Source of the DNA: Trichlorobacter lovleyi SZ
Lineage (GTDB): Bacteria; Desulfobacterota; Desulfuromonadia; Geobacterales; Pseudopelobacteraceae
Length of the DNA: 32,000 nucleotides
Direction: 5' to 3'
Assembly (NCBI RefSeq): GCF_000020385.1
Contig: NC_010814.1
Coordinates: 3,180,001 to 3,212,000, forward strand
Below are positions 8,134-17,724 of the stretch, piece after piece. Numbering within the stretch: the stretch's first letter is position 1; each line of letters begins with the position of its first letter. Made by a program: the position numbers and the translations under genes. The notes beneath the pieces were generated by a model. The model was given only the letters and a program-made list of their open reading frames with translations, was not told the origin of the DNA and made no database searches.

Positions 8134-10434
8134 TTAACAGCTGAAGATCGTAACATCTTCTATGCTCGTTTCAGCGCACTGTTTAAAAATCCTGTTGGTA
8201 AAAATATTGAACTGTGCTTCTCCCTGCCCAGAGGAAAAAAACTTGTCACCAGCCTGACTGCCCGCAGGGATCTGCACTGCATCACCGCCGACGCAGTACA
8301 ACCGACACTTCTCGTCATCATTTCCGACATCAGCGAGATCTGCCGCACCCGCCATGCTTTGGAACAGGCCCGTCTGGAGGCGGAAGGCACCTGTAACCGG
8401 CAAACCCAGCTGTTGGTTGAGACTCGAAAACTCAGTCGTCTTTACCTGCTGCTTTCACGCATAAATCAGCTGATTATACAGCACCCTCAGCAACAGGAGC
8501 TGTACAGGGAGGTCTGTGATATAGCTGTACTGGATGGCGGAATTGCTACTGCGTGGATAGGATCTATAGAGAAAACAGGAGTAATCACTCCGTTGGCAAG
8601 TTGCGGAATGACACTTGAACAACTGGACTGTCTGGAAATCAACAGTTACGGCACCTTCTTGCAGGAGAGCAAAACCTTTATAAACAACAATCTGCTTGCA
8701 GAACCGGATCTCACCCGCTGGCAAAGTGCTGTGGTGAACTGTGGATTCCAGTCAGTGGCCACCTTGCCGATCAAGGCCAGAAAAGGCCTTACAGGCTGTT
8801 TTGTCCTCTATGCAAAGGAACCTGACTTCTTTGATGATGCAGAAATCAGGCTGTTGGAGGAGATAAGCCGCAACATTGGTCACGCCCTTGATGTGGCTGA
8901 AATGGACCGTGAACAGGAGCAGGCCAGAGAACAGTTGAGCTATCTTGCCCGCCATGATCCGTTGACCGGTTTAAACAACCGGCTGATGTTTTCCAGCCAC
9001 TTGGCCATGGCCTTGGAAAGAGCCGCCAGGCAGGGCACCCTGTTGGCCCTGTTGCTGTTGGACCTTGACCGATTCAAGGATGTAAACGACAGTTTTGGCC
9101 ATGCCGCCGGAGATGAGTTGCTTGTACAGATGGCAAAACGGATTACCGGCCGGCTGCGCATGTCCATCAATCAGGTTGAAGACATCAGGGACTATGTCAA
9201 CTATATCCTGAGCAACCCCGCAGAATTGACCACGCTCTACCGGGAACTTCTGATCGGAGTAACCAGTTTCTTCCGCGATCAGGAGGCCTTTGATTTTCTG
9301 GCCAGCAATGTCCTGCCAGATCTGTTTCGTAATGCCACCAGCCGTGAGATCCGCTTCTGGGTTGCAGCCTGCTCCACCGGTGAAGAGGCCTATTCGTTAG
9401 CCATTCTGGCCCGTGAATGCCTTGAAAAGCTGGGCAGTTCCCATGACATCAAGATCTTTGCCACCGATATTGATCGTGACGCCATTCACTATGCCGCTGC
9501 CGGCAGCTACCCGGAAAGCATTGCCGCAGACCTGTCACCGCGAATCCTGTCAAAATACTTTCACAAGCGGGATGACAACTTTCAGATAGCCCGCACTATT
9601 CGTGAAATGGTGGTCTTTGCCCAACACAACCTGATCAAGGACCCGCCCTTTACCAATATCGATCTGATCAGCTGCCGTAACGTACTGATCTATTTCCAGC
9701 CTATTCTGCAACGCAAGGTGTTCGAGTTCTGTAATTTTTCACTGGCGGCCAACGGTGCACTCTTCCTGGGCAGCAGCGAATCAACCGGTGAAATGGCCTC
9801 CTATTTTGATGTGCTTGACCAAAAACTGAAGATTTTCCGTTCCAAAGGCAGAATGAAGCCCCTTTCAGATACCCACCTGCCTAGTGTCTCCGACACCCGT
9901 TTCCATGAAATGAAGGGGCAGTTTGCCATTGCACGCCGGGCTGTGCGGGCAACGGAAGAAGAACGGGTCATGGAGCGTTTCATTGAGGCTGCCAGCTCAG
10001 ATTATATCCCCCTGGCCCTGGTGGTTAACGAACAGCTTGAGGTCCAACATATCTTTGGAGATGCTACCGGATACCTCAAGCTCCCATCCGGCAAAGTGGT
10101 CAACGACATCTCGAAAATGGCGGTCAAGGAACTGGCAATCCCTCTGGCCACGGGTATTCAGAAAGTATTCCGGCAACATCAGGAACTGCGTTTCTCAAAC
10201 ATCCGGGTCAGCCAACCGGATGGAAACCGTCTGATTGATATGCGGATTAAACTGTTACCGGCAAAAAAAGAGCAGGATCATCTGATTGCAGTATTCATTA
10301 CTGAGACCAGGAAAAATGATTCAAACGATAGCGGCCAGCCGGTACAGACCTATGACCTCTCAAAAGAGGCAGAAGACAGGATGCGGGACCTGGAACATGA
10401 ACTGCAGTTTACCCGTGAAAATCTGCAGGCAACC

Positions 10435-10560
10435 ATTGAAGAGCTGGAAACATCCAATGAAGAGCTACAGGCTACCAACGAAGAACTGTTGGCCAGTAAT
10501 GAAGAACTGCAATCCACCAACGAGGAGCTGCAATCCACCAACGAAGAACTTTTTACGGTC
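10435..10560 (+). repeat. six tandem 21-bp (heptad) repeats encoding [42 protein letters not shown]
   Basis: Direct reading shows two adjacent units that are near-identical at the DNA level. This is the coiled-coil linker typical of CheR-PAS sensor proteins. Confidence 0.8.
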
Positions 10561-11372
10561 AACGCTGAATATCAGAGCAAAATCATTGAACTGACTGAAT
10601 TGCACAACGACCTTGACAACCTGCTCTCTGCAACCCAGATAGGTAACCTGCTGCTTGACGAAAACATGGAGGTACGCCGCTTTTCTAAACGGGTCTGTGA
10701 TATCTTCAAGTTGCTGGATAGCGACATTGGCCGTCCGATCACCCACATCACCCATCACCTTTTAAATTGCGACCCGATTGCATTGATCAGGGATGTCCAG
10801 ATCACCTCAAGGCCTCAGGAGCTTGAAGTGCAGACCCAGGATGGCCGTTGGCGTCTGATGCGAATAGTCCCCTACGCCATCGGCCCCAAGACCTTTTCCG
10901 GCACGGTGGTCTCTTTTGTTGACATCAACCTGCTCAAACTGGCTCAAGAAAGCGCCTGTGAGATGCAGCAGCTGTTTGCCGACGTGGTCCATTCATCTCC
11001 GGCCCTGGTCTGGCTGGCCGACACCAGCAAAGGATGTATCTGGTTTAACGAGCCCTGGCTGGCCTTTACCGGACGAACCATGGAACAGGAGCTGGGTAAC
11101 GGCTGGGCAGCCGGAGTCCACCCCGATGATTTTGAACGTTGCCTGAAAATCTATACAGAGTCCTTTGATCAGATGAAACCGTTTTCAATGGAATACCGTC
11201 TGCGTCGCCATGACGGTGTCTACCGTTTGCTGCTGGATGAAGGGCGGCCCCGCTTCAGGCAGGACGGCAGCTTTGCCGGCTATATCGGTGCCTGTCTGGA
11301 TATTTCCGACAAAACCTGCCCGTTTGACCAACCTAACTGCATGATGCACGCAGTCCGCTCTGGAGCCACGGC

Positions 11373-12332
11373 ATGACATCACGAAACGAAAATAATTTCA
11401 TGCAATTACGAAAAAGGGCCGAGACGCTCCTCAACGCAGCTCCTCAGCCGGCCTGCGACCTGGCGCCTGACGAAGTTAAGGCCTTGGTGCATGATCTTTC
11501 AGTGCACCAGATAGAGCTTGAGCTGCAAAATGATGAACTCCTGCGCGCCCAGCAGCTGATAGAGAAATCGCGGGATGAACTGGCCCGGCTCTACCATCAG
11601 GCTCCGGTTGGCTATCTGAGCCTGAACCGGATCGGCATTATTGAACGTTGCAATCAGACCTTTAGTCGCATGGTGGGTAAAACCTGTGAAAAACTGGCTG
11701 GCAAGCCTCTGGCAGACCTGCTGGAAGGGATGGATCGCGATATCTTTCTGGGAAGATTCCGATCTTTTTTCAACCACCCGGCAGATAAATTCATTGACCT
11801 GTATTTCCCTGCACGGGGAGAATCGAACGGATTCCATGGACGGATAACCGCCAGCCTTGAAACCAATCCGGCAGATCAGCCGGATGATCGGGAGCCAAGC
11901 CTGCTGGTGATTGTTCAGGATATCTCCGAACAGAGAATAGAATCGCTGATCCGCATCAAAATTGAACAGACACTGAAAAACCACGACCTTTTTGTCTCGA
12001 CGCTACTGGAAACCATTCCGATCCCGCTTTTCTACAAAGACACACAGTGTCGCTACCTGGGCTGCAATGAGGCTTTTAAAGCGTTTACCGGGCTTACGGA
12101 ATCCCAACTGATCGGTAAGACCGTGTTTGATATTTCTCCACCTGAGATTGCGGTTCAGTACGATGAAAAGGACCGCCACTGCTGGAGCACCCAGGCAGCC
12201 AATCCTATGAATGGAAAGTCAGGACTGTTGACGGAACGTTCAGAACCGTTGTCTTTAATAAAGCCACTTTTAATGACATTGACGGGCAATTGGCAGGTAT
12301 TGTCGGTACCATACAGGATATTACCGATCTGA
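11373..12332 (+). CDS. 5' portion of a frameshifted PAS/PAS hybrid sensor histidine kinase gene
   Basis: ATGA overlap with the upstream stop. The N-terminus is paralogous to the 6495 gene. The second PAS domain loses consensus after ...VQYDEKDR, and the tail of the ORF (HCWSTQAANPMNGKSGLLTERSEP...) is out-of-frame read-through. Confidence 0.75.
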   Translation: MTSRNENNFMQLRKRAETLLNAAPQPACDLAPDEVKALVHDLSVHQIELELQNDELLRAQQLIEKSRDELARLYHQAPVGYLSLNRIGIIERCNQTFSRMVGKTCEKLAGKPLADLLEGMDRDIFLGRFRSFFNHPADKFIDLYFPARGESNGFHGRITASLETNPADQPDDREPSLLVIVQDISEQRIESLIRIKIEQTLKNHDLFVSTLLETIPIPLFYKDTQCRYLGCNEAFKAFTGLTESQLIGKTVFDISPPEIAVQYDEKDRHCWSTQAANPMNGKSGLLTERSEPLSLIKPLLMTLTGNWQVLSVPYRILPI

Positions 12333-13531
12333 AGGATTTACAACTGACGCTGAAACAGGCAAAGGATGTGGCAGAGCAGGCCAACCGTGCCAAAAGCGAA
12401 TTTTTAGCAAACATGAGCCATGAACTACGCACGCCTATGAACGGCGTGGTCGGCATGGCAGAATTACTTTCGATGTCTGAACTTTCTGAAGAACAACAGG
12501 ATTTTGTTGCGGCAATCAAACAAAGCGGACAGAATCTGGTCAAGATCATCGGCGATATTCTTGATCTGGCAAAAATAGAAGCAGACAAGGTAGAACTGGA
12601 ACACTCCACCTTCTCCCTCCGCTCAACAATTGACCTGGTACTGAGCCTGCTCCATCCCCAGGCTCAGGCCAAAGGCCTGATTATTTTCAACCGCGTGGAG
12701 CCGGAACTGCCGGATTTATTCCGGGGAGATGCAGGTCGACTGAACCAGATTTTACTGAATCTGCTGGGCAATGCCGTCAAGTTCACCTCACAGGGCAGTA
12801 TCAGTATAACGGTGCTACCGGGCCAGGTTACAGACAACCGCCTGACGCTCTGTTTCAGTATTAGCGATACCGGCGTCGGCATCCCCCATACCAGCCTGCA
12901 CAAACTCTTTATTCCTTTCAGCCAGGTAGACAGCTCAACCACCCGTAAATTCGGCGGCACCGGCTTGGGGTTAGCCATCTCGAAACAACTCGTAGAACTG
13001 ATGGGGGGGACTATCAGCGTTGAAAGCGTCGAAGGCAGCGGCTCCACCTTTTTTGTCAGACTACCGCTGGAACTGGTCGTAGATACAGATACAGCCTGCC
13101 AACCCCTGCCCTCATCTCTGGCAATAGCTACCAACGGGCATAATCCGGCTGACTACTGCATTCTCGTGGTTGAAGACAACGAGCTGAATCTCAAAGTACT
13201 GGAACTTATGCTGACCAAGCTGGGCTACCGGACAAAAACTGCCACAGATGGACTAAAAGCCCTGGAGTTATTAAAAACAGATGCTATTAATCTGGTACTG
13301 ATGGACTGCAGTATGCCGGTACTCGACGGCTATCTGACCACCGCAAAAATCAGAAAACCGGAAACCGGCACAAGGAAACCTGACATTCCCATTATCGCCA
13401 TAACCGCACGGGCCATGTACGGAGACAAGGAAAAGTGCATACAGACTGGAATGAATGACTATCTGGCGAAACCGATCAACTGCACCGAGCTTGCCGATAA
13501 AATCAATCTTTGGCTGAACCGCGCTTCCTGA
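12290..13531 (+). CDS. 3' portion of the same gene: end of PAS, HisKA, HATPase_c and receiver domain
   Basis: H-box SHELRTPMNGVVG, N-box LLNLLGNAVKFT, G-boxes DTGVGI and GGTGLGLAIS, and a receiver domain (LVVEDNELN...LMDCSMPVLDG...KP). The frame is open upstream to 12167, where it encodes LLEHPGSQSYEWKVRTVDGTFRTVVFNKATFNDIDGQLAG, the missing PAS strands. Confidence 0.85.
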   Translation: MAGIVGTIQDITDLKDLQLTLKQAKDVAEQANRAKSEFLANMSHELRTPMNGVVGMAELLSMSELSEEQQDFVAAIKQSGQNLVKIIGDILDLAKIEADKVELEHSTFSLRSTIDLVLSLLHPQAQAKGLIIFNRVEPELPDLFRGDAGRLNQILLNLLGNAVKFTSQGSISITVLPGQVTDNRLTLCFSISDTGVGIPHTSLHKLFIPFSQVDSSTTRKFGGTGLGLAISKQLVELMGGTISVESVEGSGSTFFVRLPLELVVDTDTACQPLPSSLAIATNGHNPADYCILVVEDNELNLKVLELMLTKLGYRTKTATDGLKALELLKTDAINLVLMDCSMPVLDGYLTTAKIRKPETGTRKPDIPIIAITARAMYGDKEKCIQTGMNDYLAKPINCTELADKINLWLNRAS

Positions 13532-14660
13532 CACAAACGGTGTGCATCCGCTCCAGGGCCTGCTGCAGCAGGCTCCGGGGACAACCGAAATTGAGCCTGA
13601 CAAATCCCGGTGCTCCGAACGGCGCCCCATCCGACAGCCCCACCCCGGCCTGCTCGAACAGGCCGGCCGGATCAGCCACCCCCAGCCCTTGTGCATCGAT
13701 CCAGGCCAGATAGGTCGCCTCCACCGGCCAGGTCTTCAGGCCGGGCATGGCCTGAATTGCCTCCAGCACCAGATCACGATTCTGCCGCAGATACTCGAGC
13801 AGAGCCTGACGCCAGGGCTCGCCATCACGATAGGCAGCCAGGGTGGCTGTATAGCCCAGCAGATTGACATGGGGCACGATCCCGGCCATGACGTCTCTAA
13901 AGGACCGCCTCAGCTGCTTGTCGGGAATAACGGCAAAGGAGCAGCCCAGACCGGGGATATTCCAGGTCTTGCTGGGGGCCAGCAGGGTAATGGTACGCCT
14001 GGCCAGTTCCGGTTTAAGGCAGGCGAAAGGAATATGCGTTTTGCCACTATCCAGCACCAGCCCGGCATGGATCTCGTCGGAACAGACCATCAGATCATGA
14101 CGCTCAACCAGATCAGCCAGCGCCAGCTGCTCCTCCCGGCTCCAGACCCTGCCCACCGGATTGTGGGGGCTGCAGAGCAGCAGCAGCCTGGTGCGGGGGG
14201 TAATGGCCTGCTCCAACACCTCCAGATCCATCTCCCAGCGTCCCTGCTGTTCAACCAGCGGCACACTGATCAGCTCCCGCCCGGCCAGTCCCGGCGCAGT
14301 TAAAAACGGCGGGTAGACAGGTGTAAAGGTAGCAACGGCATCCCCGGGAGCCCCCACGGCCCGGCAGCTCACATTCAGGCCGCAGACCAGCCCCGGCAAC
14401 CAGACCAGCCACTTCGACTGCACCTGCCAGCCGTATTCTTGCCGCAGCATTGCCAGTACAACAGCAACCAACTCCTCTGGCGGCCTGCTGTAGCCGAAAA
14501 CACCATGTTCAACCCGTTGCTGCAGAGCCTCCAGCACTGCCGGCGGTGAACGGAAATCCATGTCCGCCACCCAGAGCGGAATAATATCCTGCCCGGCATA
14601 GCGATCCCATTTCTCACTACCGGTATTACGACGGTCAATGACCGTATCAAAATCAAACAT
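13503..14660 (-). CDS. MalY/PatB-type PLP-dependent C-S lyase, candidate ovothiol sulfoxide lyase OvoB
   Basis: Motifs MFDFDTVIDRRNTGSEKW, SPHNPVGRVW, SDEIH and the PLP-lysine APSKTWN. Its ATG overlaps the ovoA stop (TGATG), so I prefer the start at 14660 over the listed 14675. Confidence 0.8.
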   Translation of the reverse strand: MFDFDTVIDRRNTGSEKWDRYAGQDIIPLWVADMDFRSPPAVLEALQQRVEHGVFGYSRPPEELVAVVLAMLRQEYGWQVQSKWLVWLPGLVCGLNVSCRAVGAPGDAVATFTPVYPPFLTAPGLAGRELISVPLVEQQGRWEMDLEVLEQAITPRTRLLLLCSPHNPVGRVWSREEQLALADLVERHDLMVCSDEIHAGLVLDSGKTHIPFACLKPELARRTITLLAPSKTWNIPGLGCSFAVIPDKQLRRSFRDVMAGIVPHVNLLGYTATLAAYRDGEPWRQALLEYLRQNRDLVLEAIQAMPGLKTWPVEATYLAWIDAQGLGVADPAGLFEQAGVGLSDGAPFGAPGFVRLNFGCPRSLLQQALERMHTVCVRKRGSAKD

Positions 14661-16354
14661 CACAACAGCTCCCATACCGTTAATTCAGCAATGCTATGCT
14701 GGAACTTGCGTCGGGTCTCGCGGATCACAAACGGCAGATCCAGCGGTTCCCCCACCAACCTGAAACGGGGAGACAGGACCGTCTTCAGGCCGTCAATCCC
14801 CCAAACCGGCTCACCTGCCTCACGATAGCCCCCCAACCACTCTTCTTTCCTGGCAAACTCTTCAGACCAGCTGTAGGGAGAGGTGACCACCAGCAGCCCA
14901 CCCGGATTGATCCGCTGGTGAATGGTGCTCAAAAACCTGCGTGGCGAGTAAAGCCGGTCAATCAGGTTGGCTGCCAGCACCAGATCATAACCGCGAAACT
15001 TCTCCGGCAGGTTACAGGCATCGGCCTGATAGAACTGTACCCGTTGTCTGGTCTGCTCAAGCCCGAACTCAGCCAGGGTCACCTCGTGGAACGAAACGAT
15101 CTCACCCTCTTCAGGAAAGGCATAGCGCAGCCCCCCTTCCTCCTGCATCCTGGCAGCCAGCCTGAAGAAGCGGGTGGAAAAATCCAGGCCGGTGACCTGC
15201 TGAAAACCGCCCCTGGCCAGCTCAAAACTGGCCCGCCCCACGGCACAGCCCAGATCCAGGGCATGCCCCAACCTGCGCCCCTGCATCAGCCGAAGGCAGA
15301 TCTCAGCGCAGCTCTTTTGAAAGTTAGACACGCCAAACTGCTCCGGCCCGTAGTGGGCATGGCAATACTGGGCTGCCAGGGAATCACGTTCGTATTGATC
15401 ATCATGGATCACCACCGGGGCGCTGCTCTCAACATAACGAAACCCGGCGTGCTGAAAGAAATGCCGCCGGAAGGCATAGCGGGCATGCCGGGTGGCCTCA
15501 TTGCCGGTTGAGATCCAGGAGCCACCCTTGATCAGGTTATGACGGGTATCAAAGGTGGGGGTGGAGAAGTCATCGTACCAGGGATGCACGGCAAAACCGT
15601 GAAACGGGTAGATCGGGGTCTCGGTCCATTGCCAGACATTGCCGATCAGATCAAAAAAATCACCCTGCTGAAAACGATCCACCGGACAGGAAGAACTCCA
15701 GTATGCCAGGTTGATATTGCCCGGCGCACGTTCCCAGTCTGTCTGATCAGGCAATTTGCAGAGATCATGCAAGCGGTGCCATTCGTCCTCGGTGGGCAAA
15801 CGGACCGGCTTCCCGCTCTGCGCGGCCTTCCAGGTGCAGAACGCCCTGGCCTCCAGATAATTGACCTCCACCGGCCAGTTCCAGGGCATCGGGATCTCAC
15901 TGGCCATGGTACGCAGCAGCCAGCCAGCCTCACTTTTGATCCAGAACAGGGGCTGCTCCGCCTGTTTAAACTGACGCCAGTTCCAGCCTTCCTCAGTCCA
16001 CCATTGTTGTTCCTGATAACAGCCTGCCTCAACAAAGGCCAGAAATTCACGGTTGGAGACCAGATACCGGGCGGCCATAAAGTCGGCCACTTCTGCAGCA
16101 TGGCTGCCGTACTCGTTATCCCAGCCGTAGAGCGGGTGATCTTTGGGCCTGCCCAGCTGCACCGTGCCGGCGGGAACCGGCAGCAACTGATTCTGAGGAG
16201 CCTCACCCGCCTCTGGACAGATATCCCAGAACTCCAGCTGCTGCACCTGGTCATGGGGCAGTTGGCGGATCAGCACCGACGAGGTTTCCAGATGAATCCG
16301 TTCATGCTCAATCCCCATCATGACCGCCCACCAAGGTGTGAAACGCGTCGACAT
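14660..16354 (-). pseudogene. ovoA: 5'-truncated ovoA (5-histidylcysteine sulfoxide synthase fused to a SAM-dependent methyltransferase)
   Basis: The HX3HXE motif (IEHERIHLE) sits at residues 15-23, where full-length OvoA carries roughly 150 aa of DinB-like domain ahead of it. FGE-sulfatase-type core (GNVWQWTE) and a C-terminal methyltransferase (LDLGCAVGRASFELA). Unrelated phage-side sequence begins immediately upstream. Confidence 0.75.
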
Positions 16355-16383
16355 AAATAACGGCTCAAAATTGACATAACTGA

Positions 16384-16415
16384 CCCGCTTAAACAGTTTG
16401 ACCTGTTCAAGCGGG
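16384..16415. terminator. strong hairpin at the Dam-gene end of the remnant
   Basis: CCCGCTTAAACAG-TTTGAC-CTGTTCAAGCGGG forms 13 bp with one G-U pair. A T-run (TTTTGATTTT) follows on the plus strand only, and the Dam stop codon lies within that run. Confidence 0.45.
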
Positions 16416-16423
16416 TTTTGATT

Positions 16424-17188
16424 TTAGTTGTTTGTGATCAACAATTCCTTCCTCGCTTTGCCCTTACTGGCCCCACCGACAGTATAATTTATATCGACGG
16501 ACTTAATCTGGAAGTCAGAGAACACATCTCTGATGTCTGGATGATCATTAATGGTCAACAAAGCCTTTCCCTGGAGTGTTTTCAGTTGTTCGGCAAGGGC
16601 CAAGTATTGGTCAAACTCAAAAGGCACTCCGTAGCCCTCTGTTTGCCAATATGGAGGGTCCAGCAAAAAGAATGAATGCGGCCGGTCATACTTTGCGATG
16701 CATCGTTCCCAAGGGAGATGTTCGACCGTTACCCTGGACAGTCTGATATGGGCCTGGCTGAGATCTTCTTCCAGACGGAGCAGATTCAGCCGAGGAGGTG
16801 ATGTCGTTGCGGTACCGAACGTCCGGCCATCAACCTTGCCGCCAAACGATAACTTTTGAAGGTAGAAAAATCTAGCTGCTCTTTGTATATCCGTTAATGT
16901 TTCTGGCGGCGTATCTTGTAGCCACTCATAAATTTTACGGCTCGTAATTGCCCACTTGAATTGTCGAACAAATTCATCAAGGTGATGTTGAATGACCCGG
17001 TAGAGTGATACCAGATCATGGTTGATGTCGTTTACCACTTCAACCTTTGACATCGGCTTTGAAAATAGTATTGCAGCAGCACCGGCAAACGGTTCGACAT
17101 AGCAGGTATGTTGGGGGATCATTGGGATTATGTGGCGGGCCAGGCGACGCTTGCCGCCTATCCAGGGGATAATAGGGCTGTGATTCAT
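16424..17188 (-). CDS. dam: DNA adenine methyltransferase (Dam / D12 class N6-MTase), orphan
   Basis: N-terminal IPWIGGKRRLA, FAGAAA SAM-binding motif and DPPY catalytic motif (FFLLDPPYW). No adjacent restriction gene. Confidence 0.85.
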   Translation of the reverse strand: MNHSPIIPWIGGKRRLARHIIPMIPQHTCYVEPFAGAAAILFSKPMSKVEVVNDINHDLVSLYRVIQHHLDEFVRQFKWAITSRKIYEWLQDTPPETLTDIQRAARFFYLQKLSFGGKVDGRTFGTATTSPPRLNLLRLEEDLSQAHIRLSRVTVEHLPWERCIAKYDRPHSFFLLDPPYWQTEGYGVPFEFDQYLALAEQLKTLQGKALLTINDHPDIRDVFSDFQIKSVDINYTVGGASKGKARKELLITNN

Positions 17189-17330
17189 TGTGAGCCTCCT
17201 TGTATTTTCAAGGTTGTTTTGATAGGCTCCCCTTGCTCTGATCGGAGCGGGGCAGCCTTGGTTGGCTCACTGTGACGGCAGTGGGTCGGCGGCCTGATCA
17301 TGCTCTAACATGGTCAGGCCGCTGCCTCTT

Positions 17331-17723
17331 CTATTGTGTTACCTCCAGTGTTGTAACTATCCCTATGCTTTGTAATGCTTTTTCAATCCTGGACCGCAGT
17401 GGTGTCATTGTTGTGGGTGGTGCATGTTCGTAGCGCACCAGCTGGTCATATTTGATGTTGTTTGCCCGGCACCATTCGTGGACCGTTGTGCCTTTTGCCT
17501 TTATTGCCGTTGATAGTTGCAGCCGGTCGGATTGTTTTATATTTGGATCAGCGGCTGGTTTCCAGGCCGGCTTGATCTTTTTTACCCGGCCCAATGCCTT
17601 CAGCCCACAGTGTGGGCTATTTTCATTACAATCTGGCACTAATTTGCACGCCAAACAAGCGGCCCTGCTCTCGGGTGGATCAACGTAAACGAATGAGTCG
17701 GTGTCGGCATACCTTGCGGACAT
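17331..17723 (-). CDS. hypothetical phage protein with a Cys-rich N-terminus and HTH-like C-terminus
   Basis: The ATG at 17723 follows the tail-gene stop by 1 nt and has a GGAGGTG RBS. It contains CLACKLVPDCNENSPHC. The listed longer start at 17798 would overlap the tail gene. Confidence 0.5.
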   Translation of the reverse strand: MSARYADTDSFVYVDPPESRAACLACKLVPDCNENSPHCGLKALGRVKKIKPAWKPAADPNIKQSDRLQLSTAIKAKGTTVHEWCRANNIKYDQLVRYEHAPPTTMTPLRSRIEKALQSIGIVTTLEVTQ

Positions 17724-17724
17724 G

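Larger units (their letters stand above)
8125..11376 (+). pseudogene. 3' fragment of the IS-interrupted sensor gene: PAS remainder, GAF, half GGDEF domain, CheR-type methyltransferase, heptad coiled coil, two PAS domains
   Basis: TAEDRNIFYARFSALFKNP continues the PAS domain begun at 6495. RHDPLTGLNNR...LDLDRFKDVNDSFGHAAGDELL is the N-terminal half of a GGDEF domain. FFRDQEAF...WVAACSTGEEAYSLAIL...CRNVLIYF is a CheR SAM-methyltransferase domain. The ORF-track start at 8122 lies inside the IS inverted repeat. Confidence 0.8.

Noticed and set aside
12162-12172. Programmed -1 ribosomal frameshift at GAA AAG G joining the two kinase ORFs
   Set aside because: A slip there would give YDEK-GPPLLEH and lose the Asp-Arg that fits the PAS consensus. 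There is no canonical X XXY YYZ heptamer and I saw no obvious downstream stimulator. A simple 1-nt deletion near 12176 explains it better.
16343-16352. ACGCGTCGAC (overlapping MluI and SalI sites) exactly at the ovoA truncation point, which might suggest a cloning scar
   Set aside because: No vector, linker or marker sequence lies on either side, and a single 10-mer can occur by chance in GC-rich DNA. It is worth a glance only if the assembly's provenance is in doubt.
13542-16360. Long plus-strand ORFs (13542..14303, 14696..15511, 15539..16360). Similar ORFs occur elsewhere (18868..19416, 24289..25083, 25129..25737, 30657..31346).
   Set aside because: These are antisense shadows of strongly supported genes in GC-rich DNA. 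Their products are Arg/Pro/Gly/Gln-rich, low-complexity and without motifs.
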